In this document: in pieces, positions 39,655-48,350 of the stretch
Layout: the number at the start of each line of letters is the position of its first letter
How positions within the stretch are numbered: position 1 is the first letter of the stretch
Assembly: GCA_944372195.1 (NCBI GenBank)
Contig: CALVYK010000003.1
Location: 10,337-74,336 of the forward strand
Direction: 5' to 3'
Source: an uncultured Bacilli bacterium
GTDB lineage: Bacteria > Bacillota_I > Bacilli_A > RF39 > UBA660
Length of the DNA: 64,000 nt
Program-made: the position numbers and the translations under genes
Notes under the pieces: generated by a model
The model's database searches: none
Told to the model about the DNA's origin: nothing
What the model saw: the letters and a program-made list of their open reading frames with translations, nothing else

Positions 39655-40155
39655 TTATTTTTCCAAATAGTCTTCGCCTTTAAATGGTTCAGTTCTCAGC
39701 AAATCAAAATAATTATTTTGCCTTAAAACTTCATAAACAGCAATCGCAACGCAATTTGATAAATTTAAGGCTCTAACTTTATCAGTCATTGGTAATCTCA
39801 TACAGTGATCTAAATCTTGTTTTAAAATCTCTTTAGGTATTCCAGTACTTTCTTTACCAAAAATTAAGTAAATATTTTCATCCTTAAATTCAAATTCAGT
39901 ATGAGGTTTTTTACCATATCTAGTAAAATAGTAATAAGTTCCTTTATTTTGTTTTTTAAATTCTTCAAAATTAGGATAAACCTTATAATCACAATTATTT
40001 ATGTAATTTACTCCTGAACGTTTTATTGCTTTATCATCTAATTTAAATCCTAGTGGCTCGATCAAATGCAATTTTGCATTAGTAGCAACACATGTACGCA
40101 TTATATTACCAGTATTTTGTGGAATCTCTGGTTCATATAAAACAACATTTATCAT
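39655..40155 (-). CDS. trmL: tRNA (cytidine/uridine-2'-O)-methyltransferase TrmL (SpoU/TrmH family)
   Basis: Start moved to the ATG at 40155 (ATGA overlap with the upstream gene). The N-terminus is MINVVLYEPEIPQNTGNIMRTC and the C-terminal knot motif is LNLSNCVAIAVYE. Confidence 0.85.
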   Translation of the reverse strand: MINVVLYEPEIPQNTGNIMRTCVATNAKLHLIEPLGFKLDDKAIKRSGVNYINNCDYKVYPNFEEFKKQNKGTYYYFTRYGKKPHTEFEFKDENIYLIFGKESTGIPKEILKQDLDHCMRLPMTDKVRALNLSNCVAIAVYEVLRQNNYFDLLRTEPFKGEDYLEK

Positions 40156-41099
40156 AACGCTGTCTGCTCCTTTTCTAAATCTTCTAATTTTACGATTGGT
40201 AAAACAACATTTTCTTCTTTGCATAGATCTTTAAAAGTTTCTCTAAATTTATCTAATTCCTTGATAATGCTATCAGGGTATATTTTTCTACTTGATTTAA
40301 TCGCATTATAAAAATCTGATACATCTGCTTCCTTTTTATTGTTGTACAAGGCTGTGGAAAAAACTTGCGATAAAACAGATAAAGCTACATCTGGATACAT
40401 AGCAGCCAATCCATAAACTCTTTTAAATTCGCTAGTAGCGCTAACAATTGCTTTTACTAATAATTCTGTAACATAAGAATTATATTTAATCTTAACGCCT
40501 GTTTGTTTTTCCATTTTAGGTATTGAACCCATTAATATTTTAATAGTGGTTGGTTCATCTGGCTCTAAAACGTCAATTTTTTCAAATCTTCTTAAAAACG
40601 CTCTATCTTTTAAAATATATGTTTCATATTCAACAGATGTCGTTGCTCCAATTACTTTAATATCTCCTCTATCAAGCCCTGACTTTAAAATATTAGCTAA
40701 ATCCATAGGCCCATCTTCTTTACTTCCTATAAGCATATGAATTTCATCAATAAACAAAATAGTTTTATCTGCCGTCTTTAATTCTTGAACTAATTGATTG
40801 GCTACTAGAACTTCTCTTCCATCAACCATCATTGTACCTAGCAAAGAAGTAGAATTTAATCTAACTATTCGATATCCTTTTAAGGCGTCTGGAACTTCAT
40901 TTTTTTGAATTAAATATGCAATTCCTTCAACAATTGCAGTTTTACCTATACCGGGTTTCCCTACTAATAAAGCTGATTTTTCAGGAGTTAGTAAGACAAT
41001 AATCGCCCTTTTAATTTCCTCATCTCTTGCTATAGCTGGATTTGTAATATAATTTTTCTTGGTTAAATCGTCACCATAAGTATCAATAACACTATACAT
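40152..41099 (-). CDS. Single-module Clp/Hsp100 D1-like AAA+ ATPase (no N-domain, no D2)
   Basis: Start moved to the ATG at 41099 (AGGTGA RBS). It follows the ClpA/B/C D1 pattern: DLTKKNY..NPAIARDEEIKR, Walker A GKPGIGKTAIVEGIAY, Walker B ILFIDEIHMLIG, IGATTSVEY, RAFLRRFEKIDV.EP. Confidence 0.75.
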   Translation of the reverse strand: MYSVIDTYGDDLTKKNYITNPAIARDEEIKRAIIVLLTPEKSALLVGKPGIGKTAIVEGIAYLIQKNEVPDALKGYRIVRLNSTSLLGTMMVDGREVLVANQLVQELKTADKTILFIDEIHMLIGSKEDGPMDLANILKSGLDRGDIKVIGATTSVEYETYILKDRAFLRRFEKIDVLEPDEPTTIKILMGSIPKMEKQTGVKIKYNSYVTELLVKAIVSATSEFKRVYGLAAMYPDVALSVLSQVFSTALYNNKKEADVSDFYNAIKSSRKIYPDSIIKELDKFRETFKDLCKEENVVLPIVKLEDLEKEQTAL

Positions 41100-41100
41100 A

Positions 41101-41502
41101 TTATTCACCTATATATCCATGTTGTTTTAAACTATCTATTACATCCTCATATTTTGCAGCGCCTACAATACGATTATATGTAGAAGTTTCCTCACCATTT
41201 TCTATAAAAATAGTTGTTGGAGTTGAAGTAACTACAAACTTACTATATACTTTTGAATAATCTTCTTCTGATAAAGCATGCAAATTAACATAAAAAATTT
41301 CTACTTTTGTATCTTTCATAACCTTTGTCATAGTTGTTTCATAACTAGCACATGCTGAACATGTATCAGATCCAATTAATAATACAAAAGTATCCTTATT
41401 ATCCAATTTTTGTTTTAATTGTTCATAATTAATTTCCGTATATTTAGGATTACCACATCCAACTAATAATATAGTCATCATACAAATTAATATTTTTTTC
41501 AT
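41101..41502 (-). CDS. Thioredoxin-fold lipoprotein
   Basis: Start at the ATG at 41502 (GGAG 6 nt upstream). Lipobox LLVGCGN, redox motif CSAC. Confidence 0.7.
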   Translation of the reverse strand: MKKILICMMTILLVGCGNPKYTEINYEQLKQKLDNKDTFVLLIGSDTCSACASYETTMTKVMKDTKVEIFYVNLHALSEEDYSKVYSKFVVTSTPTTIFIENGEETSTYNRIVGAAKYEDVIDSLKQHGYIGE

Positions 41503-41553
41503 AAACATCTCCTTTTTTAATTATACAATATTTATTAATAAAAAAAAAGACTT

Positions 41554-41973
41554 TTAATCTTTTTTGTAAAATATTGTTTGATCTTTTTGTAAATAAATAT
41601 TATTTAAACTATCCAATGGTATCCCACTATTCAACAAATCTTTTATACTATCTGTTTCTTTTGTAATATAAACATTATCTCTTGGTATTAATATTTCTTG
41701 ACCAGGGTATATATATTCATTTTCTTTTAAGCCATTTAATAATTCAATGGTTTTTACATCTACACCATATTTTCTAGCTATGTTATATAAATTATCTCCT
41801 TTTTTTACAATATAAGTATTATATTTGTTTTCGTTTGGAATTATGATTAATTGACCAGCTTTTACATCACTAATATTGTTATTTAAATTTATTAATTCTT
41901 CCACACTGATGTTTAATTTATTGGCAACATCATTTAGCGATTCATTTTTTTTGACCTCATAAATACTATACAT
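41554..41973 (-). CDS. Protein with two LysM domains
   Basis: Two copies of the Y.VKKGD.L..IA.KY.V....L...N pattern. GGAGGG RBS. Confidence 0.8.
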   Translation of the reverse strand: MYSIYEVKKNESLNDVANKLNISVEELINLNNNISDVKAGQLIIIPNENKYNTYIVKKGDNLYNIARKYGVDVKTIELLNGLKENEYIYPGQEILIPRDNVYITKETDSIKDLLNSGIPLDSLNNIYLQKDQTIFYKKD

Positions 41974-42001
41974 TTAAATCCCTCCTATATAATCATATTC
42001 C

Positions 42002-42027
42002 AAAAAAAAAAGCTTATACTAAAGCTG
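42002..42027 (-). terminator. Putative intrinsic terminator after csp gene 1
   Basis: On the minus strand: AGCTT tagtat AAGCT followed by T9-10. The stem is short and overlaps the last codons. Confidence 0.45.
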
Positions 42028-42226
42028 TTTTTATTTCAACGACATTTTTAGCTTGTAAGCCCTTATCAGTTTGAACTAATTCAAACTCAACATATTGACC
42101 TTCAACTAAAGTTTTATAGCCTGGTGATAAAATTGAAGAATAATGTACAAATATGTCTTCATTTTCTTTATATTCAATAAATCCAAATCCTTTTTCATTA
42201 TTGAACCATTTTACTTTTCCTTTCAT
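42014..42226 (-). CDS. Cold-shock protein (CspA family)
   Basis: 70 aa. The motifs are KGKVKWFNNEKGFGFI (RNP-1) and IFVHYS (RNP-2). Confidence 0.95.
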   Translation of the reverse strand: MKGKVKWFNNEKGFGFIEYKENEDIFVHYSSILSPGYKTLVEGQYVEFELVQTDKGLQAKNVVEIKTALV

Positions 42227-42264
42227 TAATTAAATCTCCCTTCTAGTAATTCCCTTACAATTTA

Positions 42265-42293
42265 ATTATAAAATAGTTAAATTACAATAGCAA
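42265..42293 (-). promoter_or_regulatory. Sigma-A-type promoter of csp gene 1
   Basis: On the minus strand: TTGCTA (42293-42288), a 17-nt spacer, then TATAAT (42270-42265), about 40 nt upstream of the ATG. Confidence 0.55.
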
Positions 42294-42341
42294 GAAAATT
42301 AAGCCGACACTTTTCGACAAAAATCGACATTTAATTAAATT

Positions 42342-42362
42342 AAAAACATACACAACGTATGT
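42342..42362 (-). terminator. Putative intrinsic terminator after csp gene 2
   Basis: On the minus strand: ACATAC gttgt GTATGT followed by TTTTT, starting 2 nt after the stop. Confidence 0.5.
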
Positions 42363-42363
42363 C

Positions 42364-42579
42364 TTAATTCATAATACACTTCTTTATAACTGATACATTT
42401 TTAGCTTGATATCCTTTATCTGTTTCAACAATTTCATAACTAACAATATCACCTTCATTTAATGTTTTATGGCCTTTTTCAATTATAGATGAATAATGAA
42501 CAAATATATCTATTCCTTCTTTATACTCAATAAATCCAAAACCTTTTTCATCATTAAACCATTTTACTCTTCCTTGCAT
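42364..42579 (-). CDS. Cold-shock protein (CspA family), second tandem copy
   Basis: Start moved to the ATG at 42579 (RBS gaagggag). The N-terminus is MQGRVKWFNDEKGFGFIEY and the second motif is IFVHYS. Confidence 0.9.
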   Translation of the reverse strand: MQGRVKWFNDEKGFGFIEYKEGIDIFVHYSSIIEKGHKTLNEGDIVSYEIVETDKGYQAKNVSVIKKCIMN

Positions 42580-42796
42580 TTTGATGCTCCCTTCTATATA
42601 AACATTTTTAATCATATCATTTAATAATTATTTTTGTTCACTATTTGCTTAAATAATTACTTTTTTTGATTAGAAAATAATTTTTAAATAATTATTTGCT
42701 TTCAAATCAGAAATAAAGCATGCATTAATTTTGTTAAAACAAAACTTCCAATAAATATACTAAAATATGATATCGTAATATACGAGGTTAGTAATA

Positions 42797-43405
42797 ATGA
42801 AAAAAATAATAATAAAGTATACGATGAATTTGATTAAAAAAAATGGAGATTATGATGAAGAGAAACTAGCAATTATTAAATATGGACTTGAAGGATTATA
42901 TTTAACAGTAACTAAGTTACTAGTCATATTTCTGTTAGCCTATATACTAAATATATTGAAAGAAGTAATTACATTTCTATTAATATATAATATCATTAGA
43001 ACTACATCATTTGGATTACATGCGACTAAAAGTTGGATATGTTTGCTATCATCAACATTAATATTTATAGGATTTCCAATTGTATGCAAATACATGTATC
43101 TTAATAATTACAATAAATTGATTCTTGGTCTTGTATTAATATTATTTATATATAAAAATTCACCAGCTGATACACATAAAAGACCAATTGTAAATCCTAA
43201 AAGAAGAATGTTTTTTAAATATAGTTCAACTTTCATTGCAATAATATTTGTATTTTGCTCAATCTTAATTAATAATAATTTTATAAGTAATTGTTTTATA
43301 TTTTCATTATTTGTTCAATCATTTATGATATCACCTTTAATATATAAAATATTCAATTTGCCTTATAATAATTATTTAACTTATTTAGCAAACAATAATA
43401 TTTAA
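42797..43405 (+). CDS. agrB: Accessory gene regulator B (AgrB-family AIP-processing membrane peptidase)
   Basis: 202 aa. It has IIKYGLEGLYLTVTKL and the catalytic-region-like RTTSFGLHA, with 5-6 TM segments, directly upstream of an AgrD-like ORF. Confidence 0.85.
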   Translation: MKKIIIKYTMNLIKKNGDYDEEKLAIIKYGLEGLYLTVTKLLVIFLLAYILNILKEVITFLLIYNIIRTTSFGLHATKSWICLLSSTLIFIGFPIVCKYMYLNNYNKLILGLVLILFIYKNSPADTHKRPIVNPKRRMFFKYSSTFIAIIFVFCSILINNNFISNCFIFSLFVQSFMISPLIYKIFNLPYNNYLTYLANNNI

Positions 43406-43453
43406 ATATACATTGTATATTTGAATATAAAGAATAAGAAGGAGGGAAGTAGT

Positions 43454-43573
43454 ATGGCTTTTGTAGCATCTTTATTAGCAACAGTTGGTTCATTCTTAGC
43501 AACAATGGGAAGTCAAGCTTGCATTCTTGTAGTAGCTGACGAACCTGATTGTCCAAAAAGTTTAATAAAATAA
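43454..43573 (+). CDS. agrD: AgrD-like autoinducing-peptide precursor (39 aa), absent from the ORF track
   Basis: RBS AGAAGGAGGGAAGTAGT ATG. The translation is MAFVASLLATVGSFLATMGSQACILVVADEPDCPKSLIK. That gives an amphipathic leader, a Cys followed by hydrophobic residues, then an acidic DEP..P..L tail. Confidence 0.8.
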   Translation: MAFVASLLATVGSFLATMGSQACILVVADEPDCPKSLIK

Positions 43574-43607
43574 AAATGTAGGTTAACAAATCTACATTTT
43601 TATTTTT
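43573..43607. terminator. Bidirectional terminator between agrD and the convergent kinase gene
   Basis: AAAATGTAG (43573-43581) / CTACATTTT (43592-43600) with a 10-nt loop, then TTTTTATTTTT. The kinase stop codon lies in the right arm. Confidence 0.65.
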
Positions 43608-44899
43608 ATAATTTGAGTAAAAATATTATTTACTATTTTCATATCATTAGTTATTTTTTCATTTTCATCAACAATTTTCTTAAGTAAACTTAACCCATAG
43701 CCATGACCTTTAGACTTACTAGTGTAACCTTTTTCATATATTTTATTTAAATCAAAATCATCTTTAATTCGATTAGAGACTTCAACAATAAATTCTTTAT
43801 CAATATACATTGAAATAATTATCTCTCGTTCTTTCTTATTAAATTTTACTGTTTCCTCGATTGCATTATCAACTATAATTCCTGCAATTCTACAAATATC
43901 ATAATTCATTTTAGATGATAGTTTCCCAAAATCAATCTTTCTTACTTGATTATCAATATCTAAAATTACTTCAATATTATTTTCTTGCATTAATAACATT
44001 TTTTGATATATTAATCCCTGCAAACCTCCAGAAGGAATCCGTTTAGCTTTATTGTAAATAATTTCATTATCTTCTCTCTTTTCTTTTATTATCTCATTTA
44101 CATATTCAATTAATTTTTTATCATTTTTTTCAATCATTGACCTTATTACTAACAATTGATTTTTATTTTCATGATTATTTACTCTTTGATAGTCAAGCAT
44201 CTTTTCATATTCATTTAAATTATCAATTAGTATTTTATTGTTCTCTAAATAAATTTTATTTTTGCTCTTTTCGCAAATATAACTAAATATAATAATAGAA
44301 TATATTATTATAAACGCAATATTAATTGCTATAAACTTTAAATTATTTTCATTTATGTAATTTGAAGTTAAAAAATAATTTAGAGTTATGACAAACATGA
44401 ACAAAATAAGATATATAATAAAATCATTCATTTTTTCAAGCAAACCTAAAAGTTTTTTTATTAAAATTTTTATATATTTAATCCTATAAACAAAAATAGC
44501 AATTATAGAAACAATTAAATTTACTATAATAGATCCAATAAATGTACTTTGAGAGAGCTGCAATAAATTAATAGACATATTGTAAAAAAATAACATGCAT
44601 ATTAATTCTGATATAAATAGCAATAATTGTTCTAAAAAAGATACTATAAAGCATTCGTAAAACTTACTTTTAAAAATAAACATCGAATATATACTTAATA
44701 AAATTGTTGTTGTAAAAAATCTTAAAAAACTGTCAACGATAGAATAATTAAGAACGCATAGTATAATTAATGAAAAAAATAAAGCAAGATTCAAAAAACT
44801 TAAATTTATTTTTTTATCTAAAATTTTTGATTGTAAGTAAATAGCAGTTATTAGCATAATAATAGTTGGTAAAAAATACATTCTTATAGCATCTAACAT
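43592..44899 (-). CDS. agrC: AgrC-like sensor histidine kinase (polytopic sensor plus GHKL ATPase)
   Basis: 435 aa with 6-7 TM segments. The C-terminal ATPase has NAIEE and SKGHGYGLSLLKKIV. It overlaps the LytTR regulator gene by 7 nt. Confidence 0.8.
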   Translation of the reverse strand: MLDAIRMYFLPTIIMLITAIYLQSKILDKKINLSFLNLALFFSLIILCVLNYSIVDSFLRFFTTTILLSIYSMFIFKSKFYECFIVSFLEQLLLFISELICMLFFYNMSINLLQLSQSTFIGSIIVNLIVSIIAIFVYRIKYIKILIKKLLGLLEKMNDFIIYLILFMFVITLNYFLTSNYINENNLKFIAINIAFIIIYSIIIFSYICEKSKNKIYLENNKILIDNLNEYEKMLDYQRVNNHENKNQLLVIRSMIEKNDKKLIEYVNEIIKEKREDNEIIYNKAKRIPSGGLQGLIYQKMLLMQENNIEVILDIDNQVRKIDFGKLSSKMNYDICRIAGIIVDNAIEETVKFNKKEREIIISMYIDKEFIVEVSNRIKDDFDLNKIYEKGYTSKSKGHGYGLSLLKKIVDENEKITNDMKIVNNIFTQIIKIKM

Positions 44900-45603
44900 A
44901 ATTGACCAACTTCTTTTTTATAATTATCTGAAACTAAGTCTATAATTTCTCCATTATCGAATAGAATATGTTTTTTCTTTTTATCTACTTTAACTATTCT
45001 TTCTTCATTAACTAAGCATGCTCTATGACTTTGCGCTAGAGCACCCATACTTAACTCTTTAATTTCAGTTAGAGATTTTCCAACCTTATAAGTTCTATTG
45101 TCTGTTTTAATTAAACATTTTCTCTCTACATTATCATGAGTAACGTACAAAATATCTTTAATTGGAATTATATAAACTGCATTATTATCAACAAACCTTA
45201 TAGCAATTTTCTTGCCAATATATGATAATGATTTAACTATTGCATCTTTAACTCTTTTTTCAAAATCATCAAACTTACAAATGAATGTTAAAACCATAAG
45301 TTGGTCACGTACAATATTTGAAGCTAATTCTTCATGTGCTGTAATAAATATTATAATGCTATCTAAATCATTTTTTCTAATCATTCTTGCAATATCTATA
45401 CCAGATTCTGATTTAGTCTCAATATCTAATAAATATATTCTATTTACCATTGGCTTATTCATAAGTTTTTTAAACTCAATATCATAATCATTAAAGACAA
45501 ATGTTTTGTATTCTAATTTATTATTAATCATAACTTTGTCTATTATATTTTTAATATTATCGGTTACCTCTTTAAAATCGTCAACTATAACAAAATTAAT
45601 CAT
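44893..45603 (-). CDS. agrA: LytTR-family response regulator (AgrA-like)
   Basis: 236 aa. The receiver domain contains IYLLDIE. The C-terminal LytTR domain contains I.IKDILYV......K.LIKT and L.QSHRACLVN. GGAGG RBS. Confidence 0.85.
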   Translation of the reverse strand: MINFVIVDDFKEVTDNIKNIIDKVMINNKLEYKTFVFNDYDIEFKKLMNKPMVNRIYLLDIETKSESGIDIARMIRKNDLDSIIIFITAHEELASNIVRDQLMVLTFICKFDDFEKRVKDAIVKSLSYIGKKIAIRFVDNNAVYIIPIKDILYVTHDNVERKCLIKTDNRTYKVGKSLTEIKELSMGALAQSHRACLVNEERIVKVDKKKKHILFDNGEIIDLVSDNYKKEVGQLC

Positions 45604-45709
45604 AAAAAGCCTCCTACGTTTGCATTTTGTTAATTATTATACCACATTTTGGGAAATTATGGTAGACTTTTTGCCTAAAAAAACTAATTTTATGCTTAAA
45701 TTAATGTTT

Positions 45710-47719
45710 TTAAATAAAATTTGATATATGATTTATTAAAAAACACAATATTATACCTATTAGAGTTGGTATTATAATAGCTAATAGCATCCATTTAAAA
45801 CTACCCGTCTCTTTTTTTATTGTAAGACAAGTTGTAGAGCATGGAAAATGACATAATGAAAATATAAGTACGCAAATGGCAGTTATGACAGTCCATCCAT
45901 TATTAATTAAAATTGCTCTTAAACTTTCTAAACTTTCATATTCTACTAAATTACCTGTAGCCATATAAGTCATAAGCATTATGGGAATAACAATTTCGTT
46001 TGCAGGGAATCCTAAAATAAAAGAAATTAAAATTACTCCATCCATTCCAATTAGCCTACCAAAAGGATCTAAAAATGATGAAATATGATTTAATAATGAT
46101 ATATCATTTATTTGTACATTTGCTAACAACCATATTAAAGCACCTGCAGGTACTGCCACAATTACTGCTCTACTTAATACAAATAATGTTCGATCAAATA
46201 TTGATCTGATTATAACTTTAATAATTTGCGGTTTTCTATATGGAGGTAATTCTAATGTAAATGAAGATGCTACCCCTTTTAATATTGTTTTAGACAAAAT
46301 ATATGAAACTAAAAAAGTTAATACAAAGCCAAACAAAATCACTAATGTTAATAATGCGACACTTAGAAAAGAATTACCATTAATTCCAACAAAAAATATT
46401 GTAATTAAAGTTATCATAGTAGGAAATCGTCCATTACATGGAACAAAAACATTTGTTAAAATAGCTAATAATCTTTCTCTAGGTGAATCAATTATCCTAG
46501 CCCCACTAACACCTACAGCGTTACATCCAAATCCCATGCACATTGTTAATGCCTGTTTCCCACACGCGCGACACTTTTTAAAAATTTTATCTAAATTAAA
46601 AGCAATTCTTGGCAAATATCCAAGGTCTTCTAGTAAAGTAAATAGTGGGAAAAATATTGCCATAGGCGGTAACATTACCGCTACAACCCAACTTAGCACT
46701 TTATATACTCCTGATATTAATAAGTCAATTAAAAATTGAGGTAACCTTAGGAAATTTAAAAATTTTAAAATGTATATCTCTAAAAATGAAAAAAATTGAA
46801 ATAATAAATCTGAAGGATAATTTGCCCCCTTTATAGTTAACCAAAATATTACCATTAACAAAATAATCATTAGTGGTATTCCAAATAATTTGCTAGTTAT
46901 TATTTTATCTATTTTTAAATCTTTTTGCTTATAATTTTTATCATCATATGTTACTACTTCATTAGCTATTTCTTCTGCTTTCTTGACTAAGCTATCAACT
47001 ATATTATATTTTTCTTCTGATTTTATGTAAATTAATTGATTTTTAATTATCTTATCTTTCAATAAATCACAACCCAAATAGTTTGTTATTTTATTATATA
47101 ATGATTCTTCATAATTAATTAAATTTATAGCTACCCATCTTGGATTTAAATCTTTTATTTTATTTTCTAAATAAGGTAGCAAAATATCTATTGCTTCTTC
47201 CACATTGTCATCATATTTTATTTCAACAGGATTAAAATTAGTGTTTTCTAAATTACTTAACAATTCATCAATACCATTTTTATTTCTAGCACTTGTTCCA
47301 ACTACTGGTACACCTAATATGTTAGACAACTTGTTTAAATCAATATTTATTTTCTTTTTTTTAGCTTCATCCATTAAATTAACACATACTATAACTTTTT
47401 TAGTTATTTCTAAAGTTTGTAACACTAGATTTAGATTTCTTTCTAAACATACTGCATCACATACTATAATTACTAAATCATATTTATTAAAACAAATAAA
47501 ATCACGTGCTACTTCTTCCTCTTCCGAGTGAGAAATTAAAGAATAAGTACCTGGTAAATCAAATATTTTATAGTCTTTATTGTTATATTTGAACATTCCA
47601 CTAGCATTGCTTACTGTTTTACCAGGCCAATTACCGGTATGTTGATGTAATCCTGTTAGTGAATTAAAAACTGTACTTTTACCAACATTTGGATTTCCTG
47701 CTAATGCTATTATTTTCAT
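45710..47719 (-). CDS. feoB: Ferrous iron transporter FeoB
   Basis: The G-domain starts MKIIALAGNPNVGKSTVFNSLTG. The membrane domain has gate motifs. ATGA-type overlap with feoA. Confidence 0.95.
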   Translation of the reverse strand: MKIIALAGNPNVGKSTVFNSLTGLHQHTGNWPGKTVSNASGMFKYNNKDYKIFDLPGTYSLISHSEEEEVARDFICFNKYDLVIIVCDAVCLERNLNLVLQTLEITKKVIVCVNLMDEAKKKKINIDLNKLSNILGVPVVGTSARNKNGIDELLSNLENTNFNPVEIKYDDNVEEAIDILLPYLENKIKDLNPRWVAINLINYEESLYNKITNYLGCDLLKDKIIKNQLIYIKSEEKYNIVDSLVKKAEEIANEVVTYDDKNYKQKDLKIDKIITSKLFGIPLMIILLMVIFWLTIKGANYPSDLLFQFFSFLEIYILKFLNFLRLPQFLIDLLISGVYKVLSWVVAVMLPPMAIFFPLFTLLEDLGYLPRIAFNLDKIFKKCRACGKQALTMCMGFGCNAVGVSGARIIDSPRERLLAILTNVFVPCNGRFPTMITLITIFFVGINGNSFLSVALLTLVILFGFVLTFLVSYILSKTILKGVASSFTLELPPYRKPQIIKVIIRSIFDRTLFVLSRAVIVAVPAGALIWLLANVQINDISLLNHISSFLDPFGRLIGMDGVILISFILGFPANEIVIPIMLMTYMATGNLVEYESLESLRAILINNGWTVITAICVLIFSLCHFPCSTTCLTIKKETGSFKWMLLAIIIPTLIGIILCFLINHISNFI

Positions 47720-47940
47720 ATAAGATCAACCTCAATTTTATTACAATCTTCTTTTCTGATTGCTATAATAGCACCTCTAATTAAATAAGCTGTTGGATCA
47801 CTAAACGGACTTTTTAAAACACATTTAACATTTGTTCCTTCAATCATACCAATATCAAGTAATCTTCTTTTTATATTATCACTAGCCACTATATTTTTTA
47901 TAACAGCCTTATTACCAACTTTCATATCACATAAATACAT
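47716..47940 (-). CDS. feoA: FeoA-family protein
   Basis: 74 aa, SH3-like (VKCVLKSPFSDPTAYLIRGAIIAIRKED), directly upstream of feoB. Confidence 0.85.
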   Translation of the reverse strand: MYLCDMKVGNKAVIKNIVASDNIKRRLLDIGMIEGTNVKCVLKSPFSDPTAYLIRGAIIAIRKEDCNKIEVDLI

Positions 47941-48008
47941 CTAACCAATTCCTTTCAAAGTATTATATGTAATTTGAAATTCTAAGTTAATAAAAAAAGA
48001 TATTTCAA

Positions 48009-48350
48009 TTATGATATATCTTTATCAATTAAACCAGCTTCTTTTAATATGTTATATATGCAGGAATAACTTCTTCTATTATAAAATTTACAAAATTTTC
48101 TTACACTAACATTACTTCTTTTATATAAGCTTATTATATAGTCTTTCTCTTTTTGACTTAATTTGTTAACTGGTTCTTTATCTTTGTTGCCATGTATAAA
48201 ATTAATTTCACCATCTAATATTTCTTTTTTTAATTTTAAGATATATTTTGGATGATAACCAGTAATATTAGCAATTTCAACATATGAAAGATATGATTTG
48301 TTTCTTAATTTATCGGCAATTAACTTAGCAGCTTCTATTTTTTTATCCAT
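48009..48350 (-). CDS. Small helix-turn-helix protein resembling the N-terminal DNA-binding part of IS-family transposases
   Basis: Start moved to the ATG at 48350 (AGGTGATATT ATG). SYVEIANITGYHPKYILKLKKE and HGNKDKEPVNKLSQKEKDYIISLYKRSNVSVRKFCKFY recall the HTH head of ISNCY/IS1202-like transposases. No catalytic domain follows. Confidence 0.5.
   Translation of the reverse strand: MDKKIEAAKLIADKLRNKSYLSYVEIANITGYHPKYILKLKKEILDGEINFIHGNKDKEPVNKLSQKEKDYIISLYKRSNVSVRKFCKFYNRRSYSCIYNILKEAGLIDKDIS

Noticed and set aside
40152-40155. Possible alternative genetic code (TGA read as Trp, as in Mollicutes-related lineages), given the very low GC content.
   Set aside because: TGA serves as the stop in several ATGA junctions (2726-2729, 18994-18997, 20151-20154, 40152-40155, 61735-61738) where the downstream gene begins exactly as expected. 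Trp in conserved motifs (for example the KWFN motif of the csp genes) is encoded by TGG. The standard bacterial code fits.
42014-42579. Two near-identical 70-aa csp genes in tandem as a possible repeat element.
   Set aside because: They are ordinary paralogous cold-shock genes, each with its own promoter region and terminator. Only the phased CGACA boxes between them were kept as a finding.
43353-43589. 78-aa minus-strand ORF between agrB and the kinase gene.
   Set aside because: It overlaps the 3' end of agrB and the whole AgrD ORF on the opposite strand. It has no RBS. The plus-strand 39-aa ORF has a strong RBS and textbook AgrD architecture.
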